Source of the DNA: Lama glama
Taxonomy: Eukaryota
Direction of reading: 5' to 3'
Length of the DNA: 64,000 nucleotides
Assembly (NCBI GenBank): GCA_028534125.1
Contig: CM052816.1
Location: 30,010,001-30,074,000, forward strand
A model generated the notes under the pieces. The model made no database searches. It was given only the letters and a program-made list of their open reading frames with translations, and was not told the DNA's origin. A program made the position numbers and the translations under genes. Below are positions 1 to 13,544 of the stretch, piece by piece. Positions within the stretch are counted from its first letter, which is position 1. Each line of letters begins with the position of its first letter.

Positions 1-1344
1 TTTCTGCCCTGAAATAGTTTGGAATAGATAATAATGAGATTGTCCTTTTAAAAAAAATGAACATCAGAGTGGTAAACAGGCCTTTTTTGAAGTCGAGACC
101 TTACTTAGTTTTGACAGACGATTCTGTGCATCTGTATCCCAGTTAATGGAGAACTGGCAAAGCATTTTTAGGTGTGTGGCTGTCCCCCAAAGTGGGAGTC
201 CCATGGTGGGGTAAGTATACTTGGCCAAATATCTGAATGAACCCTCCAAAGCAAGGGAGAGAATAGAGGACGTTTTAGGATTAGCTATATGTTAGCAGTG
301 GACATTTGTGAAGGTCCTTAGAATTCGTTGCCTATATACTTACATAATTTAGTTATTCGTAGTAACATCCTAAACTAGTTACTCTGCCCACAGTCTGGCC
401 TTCATCAATATACTCTTCACATAGTTTTTGTGTTCAGACGCAAATTGCTCATAACGTGCTCTACTGTAGAATCCCTCATCGATCCGTTTTCACCTATAGG
501 GTAGCCTGTGCCCACTGATGTGGTGTTCAAGGCCCTCTGTGTCTGGTTCTGGTCACTGTGCCCTCTCTTGTCAAGTCTACTGAGGAACTCACAGTAGCCG
601 GAATACGCCAGGGTTTCTCTGTGCCTTTAATAAGTCCTCTTCCACCTCAAACTCTGCTGTTGACTTTCACTTTACTTTTGTGCTTCTGGGCCCAACTGAG
701 TACCAGTGTTTCTGGTCAGACCTCCCTAATCCTAATTCCCAAAACTTCTGGGCTAGGAGCTTCTATGCCCTTCCACAAACTCACTGCTTAATGTTACCTG
801 ATCATTCTTTTACTTGCCTGACTCACTGCTCATCAGACTGGGTAAATTTATGTCATGGTTGGTTATCAGCTAAAATGTCTTTGAAACTACAGTGAACTTG
901 GTTTTGTCCACCAGATACATTGGGAGCTCTCTGTTCTCCCTAGCCTCTGAGACGCTGTGGCAGAGAGGGGCTAACCTTGGCTTTATTATTCCTCTCTGCT
1001 TCTGGGGCAGGTTACCAGTGTTGCCTGGGTTCTCTCTTTCAGTCAATGCAAAAGGAAAATATAGAGAAATTTTCCTATGGATATAAATTATTTTATGCTA
1101 TATAGAAGGCAATGAAAGCTACAGTCTGATTGGAGAAAACATTGATTCTCTTTATAATAGAGTAATGAATGATTAAATGAATAAATAAATGCTTTAGAGA
1201 TGCATAAAATATTACATTGACTTGAATACTCACATCCTATTAGAAACCTATTTATTTCTGGCTTTATAATGATTATATTGTTAGTTCTAGTATTATCTTT
1301 AATGTTAAGTAATACATTTATTTATTTATCTAATTTTATTGGTC

Positions 1345-1450
1345 TGTCACATAGTTATTAGCTGCATACTATACTGCAAGAACTGTGCTAAGTACTGATA
1401 GTGACTAAAACATAATCCTTGTTCTCAGAGAGCTCATAGTTGTAGAAGGA
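1345..1450 (-). mobile_element. L2 3' fragment
   Basis: tatactgcaagaactgtgctaagtactg...ccttgttctcagagagctcatagt resembles the reverse complement of the L2 3' end. Confidence 0.55.
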
Positions 1451-3524
1451 AAAGCTTCTTTGATCTTCCTTCAGAGATCTATAATATAATTCAAATAGAT
1501 CTGATAATAATGGTTCGGAGAAACATTTTTTTTTCTACAGAAGACCTGTATTTCTCAAATAAATGAAATAGAAACTTCAAATTCCCAATTTGAAAACAAA
1601 ATTAAGATCGCCAACTCCCAATAAACAGTATAGTGTATTCACTTTCATTGCATGATGGAAAAGCTGTGTTCTATTGATCAGTGGAAATGAATCCTACAGA
1701 AATGAAAGAATTTAAACTCCTTTCTTACATGTTTATTTGTTAACAGCTTCATATTTCACTGGGTACCAGAGGATATTAGTGTGGTGACATTCAATAAATC
1801 TAAGACAGAAATAATTAGTGATCTGTTCATAGAAATCATGATAAAGTAGTAAGAAAACACAATCTCATTATGGTACTAATACAAAATAAAATGGCACAGT
1901 ATGAAAACAGTAGCAAATGAATGAGGAACGATATATGCCTTTGTTCATCCAATTTTGAGCTAAATGGGTGAATCTCTTTAAAATGGTTAATTGCACTTAG
2001 TTTTAGGAAAATGTATTTATAAAATTTTATGTTCTTGGCTAGGAATGTTTAGGTTTTGTTTACCAAATTCCAGAGAAGTGATGCTTTGTGACTGATTCTG
2101 CTTACTATGCAAAGTTTCCAGACATTGAGTTAAGATTTAGAAAGTAACCTCAGCATGCCTGGCCCTCACTCACATCAGCTGGGTGATCTTTCAAGCTTTC
2201 CACTTGGTCTATAATCACGGTACATGTATAAATTTATTCTGACCACTGCATGTGTGATCCTGATTGATGTTTGGGAATCTTAGGTCCAGCTTAATTTTTT
2301 CATCATTTGGCAAGATTTTTCAGGTCTAACTATCTTTGACTATTTCTTGTAAGCCATTATACCCCTTTTATTAAACTATGGAAAGGATCGGGGGAGGAGG
2401 ATGGTGGGAACAGGAGAGAGCATGGGGTGTGGGAGAGATTTAAACTGGGGTTATGGACCCAATTCTGGGCTTCAAGTCCCTGTTTAACAAACACTCAAGA
2501 AAGACATTGTGCTGCTTTGGCAGAAAGCGCGGATTGATGTCTTCTTGTGAATGCTGTGCTTTGTAATAGGCCCTGATGGTCAGCTAAAGGTATCTGGGCT
2601 TCTGAAGAGACTGTTTGATATGAAGCCAGCCTAGGCATGGGAGTTGATGGCTATTGCCGCCTTTTCTGTTTAGACTGGGAAGAAACTTGATTCCCAGGAT
2701 CGTGGAGTTTGAGTTGGTACAAGAGGGTTGCCTGTAAAAGATTTCCTGAATGAATTCAAATGGTCTTTGTCAAAGGAATTGGGCCCTGGGGATCTGTTAA
2801 CAGAAAACTGCATGGTTGCATAGTGATTTGAGTAGATGGATATATATAGGAAAGTGCAAAGAATCCCAAGTACTTCTGAGAACAAGATTATCATACAGTT
2901 CCTTTGTTTCTGCTGATGTGTCAGCTGACATCGGGTTTCTTATTATCCCTGATGCTAAGAAGGCTCCAGAGAGGCTGTGTGGAACAATCTGTACTGCAAG
3001 CAGTTCTTGTTTAGAAGAGAAAATTCCATCGAAAAGCCCGTGGAAGGATAATATCAAACTGTTATCACTAATTACCTTGTGAGTGGGTGGTAGTGTCATG
3101 GTGGTGATGGTGACAGAGAGATCTTAAACTTTTTTATTGATACATTTTGTATTGTTTAGATACCAAAATAAATGAATTAAAAATGAACTAAATACAATAG
3201 CAGATTTTTCTTCCAAGAACATTAATTATTGAGAGTATATAATCCCAATAATAAATATAACATTTTTAATGCCCTCCCCTGAAAAAACAGTGAAATACTG
3301 AAATGTATGGACATAAAATCACAATTAAAAAAAAAACAGATAGTCAACTCTCTTAGTGAATGCAACAGAGCCATCTCCAGAGAGCTTACTTTCCAGTAAG
3401 TCCTCAGTGCTTCATATTCTTATCTTTCTGGTTGTCACTGTATTTCTGAGCAGAGGGAAAAGGACAGATATACATGTTTCCATTTCAGGAGGAGAAAAAC
3501 TTCAAGATGGAAAGTTGCCTACTG

Positions 3525-3780
3525 AGAATTGTAGAATAAATTGTGGAACATTCAGATACTGCTTTAAAGGAGATGGATGTATTTTGACTTGGAAAGAAAT
3601 CTGCAATATGTTGTTGAGTGAAAAAAATAGCAAGATCAAACCAAAACAGTTGAAAATGTCACATGAAAGACACACAAGCACACATGGAAATGCTGTTGTG
3701 ATGAAAGGGATTATTTCTATGAGATTGGATTATGGATTATTTTTACTTCATGTTTTAATTTTTATTGTAAAATTTAGACA
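3525..3780 (+). mobile_element. Old L1 (L1ME-like) 3' fragment
   Basis: tgacttggaaagaaatctgcaatatgttgttgagtgaaaaaaatagcaag matches the typical old L1ME 3' end motif. Confidence 0.6.
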
Positions 3781-4989
3781 TAAACGTATAATGCATATTT
3801 ACACAATTACATATATACACTTTTTTTACATGTGTAAAATTACAAAAAGACTGTTTACCCACCCAGGCTACAGTTTGTCTGTCTCCAAATCATCTGCTCT
3901 CATCCTGCCTCCTATTTTCCAGGTAACACTATCTGTCTCTTGCCTGACTCATTCCCTTGCTTTAAGAAATGATTTACTTTCTGTGTATTTTATCTAAACG
4001 GTATATTGCTTGGTTTGGAAAAACTGAGTAGCCCACACAAATCTATTACCTTTAGATGAAGACTCTTGGGAGAAAAAATCAGCAGTCTCTGATTCATTGG
4101 CTTCAGGCAACTTTATAGTTTCCAAGAGTTTTTTTCTCAGAAAAGTCAGTATACAAGCTTCTGATTGAGTCCTGGGAAAAGGGGGCTCACACACACAAAA
4201 GGGTATCTGGCAGGACTAATACTGAATACCCAATACGTAGTCAGAGAGAGTAGACGGCTTTCTGTTTTCTTTTACGGTCACCATGGACTACTTCACGAGT
4301 TTCAGGTCTATCCAAAGACAGAACAGGTCTGTCAGATGAAATGACTGAACTTACCTGCTTCAGGGTACAGAGCATTTGGAGGAGAACAGGAGCTTCCCCA
4401 ATGCATAATCAAGACGAACAAGGCACACAGATCGTCATCAGGTAAATGGACTATATGAGCAGAACCCTTGAATGTCTGTCTCTGGAGCGAAACTCCTCCA
4501 GCCTGGACTGGTGACCACATATCTCTGTGCACAGATGTCACCCTGGGATCTCTCTTCCCTGTCTTGAGGATTCTTTGGCCTTTCTGCCTCTCTCCTTGTT
4601 TCCTGATAAAGATGCCCTTTGGGTTTGTTTGTTCACTCTTTCTGTTTTGTTCACACACATTCCCTGTAGATTTTTGAGAAAGGGTGGAAAGAATATACAT
4701 TTTTTAAATGACATTCCAAGTCTGAAAGTGTTCTTGTCTTACCTCCATATTGATTGATAATTTAGCAAGGCATGGAATTCTATTTTGGAAACCAATATCC
4801 TTCTGAATTTTGATTTTATTTCTTCACTGTCTTCTTGCTTTCCGGGCTGCTGTGGGGAAGTCCAGAGCCATCTGATTCCTCAAGCTGTCTAGGCAATGTG
4901 TTCTTCCCCACTATATCACTCTGCTGAAATATGTGGAATTTTCTCTTTGTCACCAGTGTTCTGAAAAACCAAGTTATGCCTTGGTAGAA

Positions 4990-5480
4990 GTAGTTTTTTT
5001 GTTTTTCTTTTTTGTTTTTTTTTTTTGATTCACTATGTTGAGGCACTCACTGGGTTGTTTTGATTGAGCAATTCAGGTTGAATGATTCTATTGGCAATTT
5101 CTTCCCCTTTCCATGTTCTCCATTCTCTCTTTTTGGGGAACATATTATTTGGCTGCATCTGGTCTTCCTGATTCTCTTATCTTTTCATAGCTATTTTCTG
5201 CCTTTTGATCTTTTGCTCTACTTTCTGGAAAAGTTTCCTCTTCTTGATCCATTAGTGCTTCTACTGGGTTTTCAATTCCGCCGTCATGTCCCGTAATCTT
5301 CATGAGCTCTTTTTTATTCTCTAGACATTCTTTTTTTTTAAAGTGTCCAGTTTGTATTGTAGTATCTTCTTTCACCTCTTAGAGAATGCTAATGACAACA
5401 ATTAAGATTTTCTTCTACTGTCATAGTGTCAAAGTTGTTCTTTATATGCAAAGTTGTTTGTCCTCTGCCTTCTAGGTTAG
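4990..5480 (-). mobile_element. Degraded old L1M 5'/ORF1-region fragment
   Basis: Pyrimidine-rich on + with K/E-rich broken reading frames on -, as seen in old L1 ORF1 remnants. Subfamily not resolved. Confidence 0.4.
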
Positions 5481-7299
5481 AGGTTTTCCTGGTCACCCTG
5501 GACTGTCTCTGATGCTGGAAGATCCCCCTCCTCTCCTCACCACGTGTGGGGCTTGTTGATAATGTGCCTTATCACTGGGTGACTTGAGTGGGTTCTTTGT
5601 GGCAACTTTGAATGACAATATTTTTAGGTGTTTCTTCTTGGGCTGGACAGACTTTCTACGGAAGAAGTTTACAATTTCCCACTCACAATATAACAATCTG
5701 GTTGCTGGAATTCTAGAAGTGAAGTTGCAGTCTTTGCTCTCAGAATTGGCAATGAATATTGACATCCAGGTTAAACTCAAATACTTTCAACTGTGCCTGG
5801 CATCTACCAGCCAGAGAGCCTCAGAGATTAAATCTACAAGTATTTGCTGAGATGAAGGAAGGGAAATTTCCCAGCAGTATAGATTAGAGGATCTAATGAC
5901 TGATCTACTGCTTCTTACTTTCCCAGCAGGTTTAAAAATTATAGACCCTCCTTCCCCAATTCTTCCCCAGTTCTAGAGATGTCAAATGCTGTGAAATCCT
6001 AAGCTTCTGAGAATTCTGTGGCATAAATAAGATTCTTTCACAATTTGCTCATTTGTTAGCAGGGAATTTAGCTTTCTTCCATCTATTAAATCAGTTACTA
6101 CGCACTCACCTCCTTTGCAGCATCCAGTGTTTTATTGTCCTCTCCTCCTCACCTTCTCCTTAGGAGTTTGTCTTTAAGAATTCCTTTTCACTCTGGTTCA
6201 GTGGAGTTGTGAGAGAAAGCAAATTTCAATGAAGGAATTTGGCTCTCTTCAACTAGAATAACTTTAAAAAAATTTTATGTAGTCTGTGAGTCTGTGTGTG
6301 TTTAAGAATTAACATACCTTACTTGAATGATCCTAAAAATACTAAAGCCATGTTCATTTTGACCCCAAAATGACAAAATAAGTGTTGGGATAACAAATTA
6401 AAAGAAACCAAATATCTTCGTATGTCTTTCTAATATCTGCACAAGTAGTTGAGAAAATAAGAAATTTCTCCAGATTCCCTTTGGACTAGTTAAGTTGGTC
6501 CATGAGATGATTGCCATAGTTATGAGTGTCCTGCACAGCAACAATAGTAGGGACTGACATGATATATGAGTTTATAACATGCCTATAATTAAGTATATAT
6601 ACATATATTGCATACACATCTATTTAAGAGGATAGGTGATACTGTGAAAAATTATCTTGGGTAAAGAACAGATATGCAGAACAAAGTTATAGGGAGCTAA
6701 ATAGTAACCAGGAGTAGAGAGTCCATGTGCAGCTTTTGCATCCTGCAGGGCTCCTGAGTGCACACTCTGTATCTATGATCATTCTCTCTAGTACATAGAA
6801 TGGACAGCTGCCTCCTATCATGTCCAAAACTTTCCCTAGTTCCTCATCAAATCCCTTATCCCATTGCTCCAGGATCTTTTCTCCTTGATCATTGGGAACA
6901 AATATTGTGAAATTCTTCAGGATTGTCAATGATTTAATATATTGCTGTTTGTGGTTTACAGATTTGTAAATTACCAGGGATTTCCAGGAAGTGATAATTA
7001 ACCCTAAGATTATCTCCAGTGGTATTCATTTCAGGAGGCAAAATTGGATGAGCTTAAAATGGGCTAACTTGCTGTGCTTTGAGGGTTAATTCCAGCAGAC
7101 CTAGAAATAGCCTTCTGTCCTGAATTAAAAAAAATATACCTCAACAACGACTCCCTGGTAAAGGCATGAAACACTGAAGGCATTGCTTTGTAATCATAGG
7201 TCAGTATTTGAGATTTGTACCAGCTTTTTAGCATTGTTTACTGAAAACAGCGAGATTGATAACAGTAAGATTGATGATTTACACCCAGAGGGTTCTGCT

Positions 7300-7435
7300 C
7301 TTGAGGTTGTGTGAATAATTGTATTCATTTCTGTTGGATATATACTTAGGAGTAAAATTGTTTGAATTAAGATAGCCATCTTGTCAGCTTCCAGTGGCTA
7401 TTGCCAAAGAGTATTCTGAAGTTCTTTTACCAACG
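7300..7435 (-). mobile_element. Old L1M fragment (ORF2 3' end)
   Basis: ttcatttctgttggatatatacttaggagtaaaattg; the minus strand reads TILLLSIYP, like the L1 ORF2 C-terminal AIPLLGIYP. Confidence 0.65.
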
Positions 7436-7852
7436 TATGAGTCCATGCAAATGATCTTTAGAGGGTTAGGAAATGTTGCAGACTTCCTCGGTAAATGAAA
7501 TTCCTTTCCTGATGATTCTCTCTCTATAAATTCATGACTATAAATGGCACTTAAGTATAAATTTTACCTAATGGAAGACACCAACTTTATTTGTTTTTAT
7601 TAAACAATTTCTACATTAATTTATTTAACTTAATTATGAATGATTTCTGTGTCCAAATCATTTCTCCACTCTATTCTTTTTGAAAATATTACTAGAAGAA
7701 GGCAAAGCATCATGTTGTAACTATCCGTTGCTGTAGATTTCTGAGATCAAAACTGGTCAAATTCTAGTCTTTAAACTATTTTGGAATCTTCTGGTTATTG
7801 CAGGTTTACGATGTTTTAAAGAATTACATCCCCCATCCCACCACCATCATTA

Positions 7853-8373
7853 TGTAATAAGAAAGAACAAATCTGACTCCATATTAGATCTCTTCCTTTG
7901 GCTCTAACACTGTGTTCTGTTTCCTGTGCTTAGTCATGCTGGTTCTGTACCTTTTGTGAAAGAATGTTGCCTATAGCCTGAAACAGACAGGATAGCCCAT
8001 TCTCAAGGCTCTGGCCTTAAGGGTATAACACTTTTCCATTCATACAGAGATTAAAAAGTTGAAAAATAGAGAACAACATTTGTTTTGTTGGAGGTTTACA
8101 GGGACACCATGATCTCACATACGTGGACATCTGCAGGAGCAAAGGATTCTTGACACCAAGAAGTCTGCAACTTCCAACCACACCCCCTCCCCTTTTCAGC
8201 AGAAAAGGAACCTGAATTCTGACTTGGGGAAGATGATTCTCCGGGACATTAGTCTTCCATATTCTCGGTCTGCTGGCTTTCCAAATTAAGTTGTTATTCC
8301 TTGTCCCCACACCTCATCTCCCAATTTATTGTCCTGTCACATGGCAAGCAGAATGAATTTGGACTCAGTAACA
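7853..8373 (+). mobile_element. Solo LTR, ERV1 class (MER41-like, artiodactyl type)
   Basis: TG...CA termini (TGTAATAA...AGTAACA), 521 bp, with a perfect 4-bp target-site duplication ATTA at 7849-7852 and 8374-8377. A 4-bp TSD is typical of ERV1. Confidence 0.85.
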
Positions 8374-8969
8374 ATTAGCTATTTTATAAATTCCCGAGAG
8401 AGAGAGAAAAACAAATCTTCCACAGAGCCATGAAATTTTTTTTCTATTTTTTAAAAAAAGAAGCATGATTAAACTGAAATTTGAAGTATGTCTAATTCAC
8501 TTCAGAAGCCCTAGGAAATGTGGAGAAGTAGGAGAAAGTTTAGAAAATTAGACTTGTAATACATGCCAATTAAATTTAAAGGAGGAGAGGATGACTTACC
8601 TGAAATTAAAAAAAAATAAAAGACATGCCCAAATTGAGAGCCAATCTGGCTGTTGAGGCACAAGAGAGGAGCACACGGGTTAAGGGAGCCCAGGGCAACA
8701 AGCTTTCAGTGCTCATTAGGAAACACTTTTCCTTTGTTCCCCAACGGTGGGCATTCCTTTGAAACATCCCAGAAATGTCCAGCTATCAAATGCAAATCAG
8801 TGTAGTTGATTAAATTTAATAAGCAACAACTCTGTGTACAGAGTGGACAGGTAGAGTAATGAGGAGACTGGGCTCGCTTGTACACACCTTTTCCTTTGCT
8901 GTCCCACTGGGATTTGTAAGTCAAGGGCTTGGCAAACTGTTAATTCATGGGCCTCGGCTTGTTGGTGAA

Positions 8970-9270
8970 ATATTTTTTTTAACTCTTTATTATGGACATT
9001 TCCAAACATTCATGGAAGTAGAAAGCAAGATGTAATGAATCTGATGGACCCACCACCCAGCCTCAGCAGTGACTGGAACTGGCCCTCTTGTTTCATCTAT
9101 ACACTCACCTCATCCCACCTCCACCCAGATTACGGTGAAGCAAAGCCTAGCCTCCATAACTACACATTCTGAAATGTCTCAGCATATCCTTAAAAGATAA
9201 AGTCTTTTCTTTAAAAATATAATTGCAGTATCGTTCTCACACTTAAAACAAATTTTCTTGATTTCTGTTT
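8970..9270 (-). mobile_element. Old L1 (L1MC-like) 3' end
   Basis: tttattatggacatttccaaacattcatggaagtagaaag...ccaccacccagcctcagc matches the reverse complement of L1MC-type 3' ends. Confidence 0.7.
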
Positions 9271-10324
9271 AATATCTTTCTGTTGCATTGAAGAGGGAAA
9301 CTTTGAACTCAAGACTTGGATTCAATAATCATGTCCTTTGCCTTAAATTTCTCATTAGTTCATCACAAATGAGTCTGATACATCTTATGTTCAAACCTAT
9401 TCAAGTTGATGACAGAGATTTATTAATAACTACTTTATCTTCTTCTTACAACAGTATTTCTTTTACTTATGTTAACATTTCTTCATCAGATGTCATTGCC
9501 TGATAGATCTGATACCTGAGGGGTCCTTATCTATTACTGCCTAGGTGTCTTAATTGGACTATGGTGTCCTCCAGCTACAAATAATTAGAAATGAGTACAA
9601 ATAAAGCATTTTGTTCAGCATTTAAAATTTCCTTCCACATAATGCCAGTAGACTTTTGGCCAAGGTACCTAGAGTGGTGTTCCTGTGTTTGACACCAGGG
9701 ATTCTCTAGATTAGATTGCTCCCAGTGAGATTTCAGTGACACCATCAGAAACATTTCAGTGTCATTAACCATGGTAACAGTGCCATTTAGTGCTTTGAAA
9801 AAGAAGGGTATGCTGCAGGTCCACTTCTGTCTCTGTTAAAAGTCAATGAACGATTAATAGAGAGTAATCAGTGAGACCAGGATAGCTGTACTCCTGCTGG
9901 ACAGGAATATTCATGTTCTTTCAGAAAGGAATCATCACCAGTGATATCCTTACTTTATACAAAACATGTAGGTGCTTTTAAGCATCTCAGAAACAGATGG
10001 GTAAAGCTTGCAATGAATACAAAGCTGTGTAATTTGGGTCTTTTTAAGAAAAAGAAGAGGTTCAGAATTAGAGTCTCTTTCTTCTCTAAACCAAGAATGG
10101 ACTATTGTGTTACTTCTACAGGCTGTAACTCAAGATATTATATTGCGTTATGCAGCTGTGCAGTGCCAGATTTGAAGGTCACAAGACATTTCCCAGTTAC
10201 ACTGGGTATTACAGTGGCGTGGATGGCTTTGAGTGGGCTGGACTCTACCTCTAAGATCTTTAGCTCTCCATTGCCAGTGGGCAGTGATTACTTTTCTCCA
10301 CCTCATTTCTTTTCCGTGTTGCCA

Positions 10325-10830
10325 GTTATATCAGGAGAGATGAAGTTATGCTACAATAATAAAACCCCAACATCTCAGAGGCATATTTCTTACTCACATA
10401 AAATCTGCTGAGGGTCAAGGCATCTCTCTGGGAGTAGCTGTCCTCTGTGTGTCGGTGGAGTTATGTTCGGACTTATTTCTTTGAATGTTGTGAAAACTCT
10501 ATATTTCATGTTCACTATTTTTGTGAGGAGAGAAAAAAAGTGACACTGTGTTCCCCCTTCTGTTTCTTTCTTTTTTTTTTTCTTTTATCTTTTAGCACCT
10601 CTACATCAATATGTGTTTCCATGAACACTTCAGCAGTAGGAAGAGAGAGCATGGAAAATGTGCACCACCTCCTCAGTGCTTCCACATGGAAGTGATGTGG
10701 GCCCTTTTCCACCCATGTTTCATTGGCCAAAGCAAGTTACCCAGCCAGGCCCAAGTTTAAGGGGGCAATGATATACAATCCCTCCAAATCCTCAGAATGA
10801 GAGAGAATTGAAAGTCCTGGTGGGCCTCAC
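10325..10830. mobile_element. MaLR LTR (MLT1K/L-like)
   Basis: aagttatgctacaataataaaaccccaacatctcag and cattggccaaagcaagttac...cccaagtttaagggggca are characteristic of old MLT1 LTRs. Confidence 0.7.
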
Positions 10831-11042
10831 AGATGTCTCTCGCACCAGTTATATTCTGAAATCATTTCTTGGACTATTGCTAAAACTGTGCTTTGTGTTC
10901 GCCATATTGGTGAAGAGACAAAATAAGGACACTAGCTTTTTTTCCCCCTGTCTTTTTTTTTTCTTGATTTCTCTTCTTAACTAGAAATAGTTTTTCCCCC
11001 TAAATGTTGTATATGACCACAAACATTTTGATGTCTTTAGAT

Positions 11043-11193
11043 CAGCATTTGTCAAGTATTAATGTGCATCCAGATTACCCAGCATCTTGTTCAAGTGCAG
11101 ATTTTGGTTCAGGTGGGGCCTCAGATTCTACAGTTTTAATGAGCTCCCAGGTAATGCTGCTGCTGGCCTGTGGAACACACTTTGAAGAGTAAG
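11043..11193. mobile_element. MER5-family hAT-Charlie MITE
   Basis: tgcagattttggttcaggtggggcctcagattctacagttttaatgagctcccaggtaatgctgctgctggcctgtggaacacactttga resembles the MER5 consensus. Confidence 0.8.
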
Positions 11194-12683
11194 CCTTTGG
11201 TCGGTCACTGTATTTAGAGGGGAAGAGCCATCGTGATTTTTGCTGGATTCCAACAGAAATTTAGGCCCTTGGTTTTTTCCCCTCCCCTACATCTGAATTA
11301 AGGGCATTGTCTCATGGTGATAGTTGTCAAAATGTGTAGGAAGACTGTCAGTGCAACTCCAAAGCATATTTCTGAAAGAGAATTGGTTTTGTGTTCATTC
11401 ATATTAAAGCAGGACTGCAAAGAAGAAAGGAGACCTAATTGAACACTCAAAGCATCCCATGAAAAGCCGGCGACTAATTATGGCGGGCCCACACAGCAGG
11501 GCCACTGAAGGGAAGAGGAGATACTGAAAACATCTTTATAGTCTTTTGCTCTGAAGAGTCCTTCCTGAGATCAAATGCAATTTGTGTGAAGGAGGGAGTG
11601 ACTGACAAGCTTACCCCCAGCCAATCATCTCAGAGACAGGCAGTCAGAGCATTTGTCATGAGGCTTCGATTTTGCCTCATTATTAATAGAACTCTGATTT
11701 TTCCTCCCTGATCCTTTACTAATTAAGATTTTTGCATGTTCTAAGCATTTCACTTAGCACTCAGGATTCCAGATGAGTTGCCATTTGGCTCAAGGATGCA
11801 GATTGACTTCAGAGGGCTGCATTAGAATCATGTGGTTGTGCACTTGGGTAGCAATGAGGCTGGGCTGGTAAGAGCACTCACAGGCACTGCTCGTTTTACC
11901 CAGAGCCTGTTTTTCCCTTTTGCTCATTTGTAATGCCAGCCCATGGTGGTGGAATGGGTGTATTGCTATAAATTAACAGCCATGTCTCATACTTCTTATT
12001 CTGGAGGTGTAATTCAAAGAACTGTCACAAGGAATAGCAAAGCTATATATTCTTCTTTATAGCAATCGTCGTAAAAAAAAAATCCCCATTACTTTAAATT
12101 ATCGCAAAATGACTTCAGAATCAACCCCAGACCTGCTGCCCTTGATTTTCTTGCAATTAGTTCAAAGGGCAAGAGATAGAGCAGTAAGTTTTGAGGTCTA
12201 TTATATAGCAGTTACATTTTTCATCGATCAAGGAACTTTTAGTTTACGACTTCTTTCCTTGGAACTAATTCATTGAAGGAGACAATAATTCTAGGTCTGT
12301 TCCCTTATTCTGCTGACACTCAATTTCTAGGGCTTGGATATATTTCACTTCTCTTTTTATCATTAAAATATTTAAAACTCTAACTTAAAATCTTAGCAAA
12401 TGCTTGGTTTTTATGTGATAAACTGAAAGACACTGGTATTAGCCCAAGGGATTTAGCAGTTCCCAAATCCTGCCTTGGCAAAGCTACTTGTCTTCAGGAG
12501 GTCCTGATGAAGATAGACCCATAATGGACAATTACAAAAGGAAACACTCTCTGGGTCCGCACGTTCGATCTCCCAATGCAGGATTCTTTGTTAAACCAGG
12601 CTGCAAGAGAAGACTTCTTCTGGAGGTTTTGAGAACATTTTTTTCTTATTCCTAAAATTAAACCCTAATTTTACTATCAACAG

Positions 12684-12730
12684 GTTAGCATAGGAGCAGC
12701 AATCAGAGAAATCAGAGCATCCACCCATAG
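12684..12730 (+). other. Candidate small (47-nt) cryptic or alternative exon
   Basis: CCCTAAT branch-like motif, ttttactatcaacAG| acceptor and consensus donor TAG|GTAAGT. One open frame (VSIGAAIREIRASTH), but the length is not a multiple of 3. Confidence 0.3.
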
Positions 12731-13544
12731 GTAAGTAAATGAAGTGTGTGATAGGTCAATGACTGCCCCATTGGGAAAGACTCTGGTATACTTAGTCCCT
12801 ACACAGAGTGGAGTGGGTGGCTCCCGTGCCATTAGGCATCTTGGAAGGTTGAATTACTTTCTGTGCAATGCTTCTTACCATTTGCTAATTGCAAATAAAG
12901 ATATCAAGTTCTAGTACAAATTCAGAAACTCTTTCCATAGATCCATCTATTCTTCTGCTGATCCAATCATCCACCCATCAATCCATTCATTCAATCTCTA
13001 AAGAGGGAAAAAGGCAGGAAGTGATGGTGTCTTTTTCTCCTTCATTTTCTCAAATATCTGTTCTGGTGTCTTTTCCTCTGCTCCCACAAAAAGCAGTCAT
13101 GTACAGCAATTGCTTTAAAGATACAAATAAATTTTTTTAAATGTGTTTTAATGGGAAGCAGGATATACCATATGGTGTGGTACAAAGAGTACTTTATCAA
13201 ATAAATGTATCCATAGGTGCTGTAATCTCCCAACTCCAAATCACTCGATTTCCCCCTGTATTTGGAGTGTTGGACATATCCATGGATACACTTTTAAAAT
13301 AATTATTCTCATTCTTTTTTTACTCTCCACCAATATGAAAAGCATATGGAAATGGTCTATAAGTTTAAGGTATTTTTCTCCCCTTTATGGAACTATTCTA
13401 GAAAGCATCAAAGGATATTTCTCCTTAGATGTTATAAAATATCTAATCTGATGGAAATTTTATCCAGGATACGTTGCTTTTGGCCATTTTCTAGGTGCTC
13501 TCTTGGTCATTCTGTCCACCTACATATGACTGCTCTTAACCCTG

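Noticed and set aside
2925..3078. Possible 154-nt exon (tcAG|CTGAC ... CTT|GTGAGT) within an 88-aa ORF
   Set aside because: The pyrimidine tract is interrupted, the exonic donor bases are weak, the length shifts the frame and the peptide is unrecognised.
3356..3997. Longest ORF (213 aa)
   Set aside because: It starts at GTG, runs through an old L1 fragment and AT-rich low-complexity DNA, and has no recognisable domain or splice structure.
4364..4441. Possible 78-nt in-frame exon (cAG|GGTAC ... CAG|GTAAAT)
   Set aside because: The pyrimidine tract is short and there is no other support. It cannot be excluded, but it is not distinguishable from chance.
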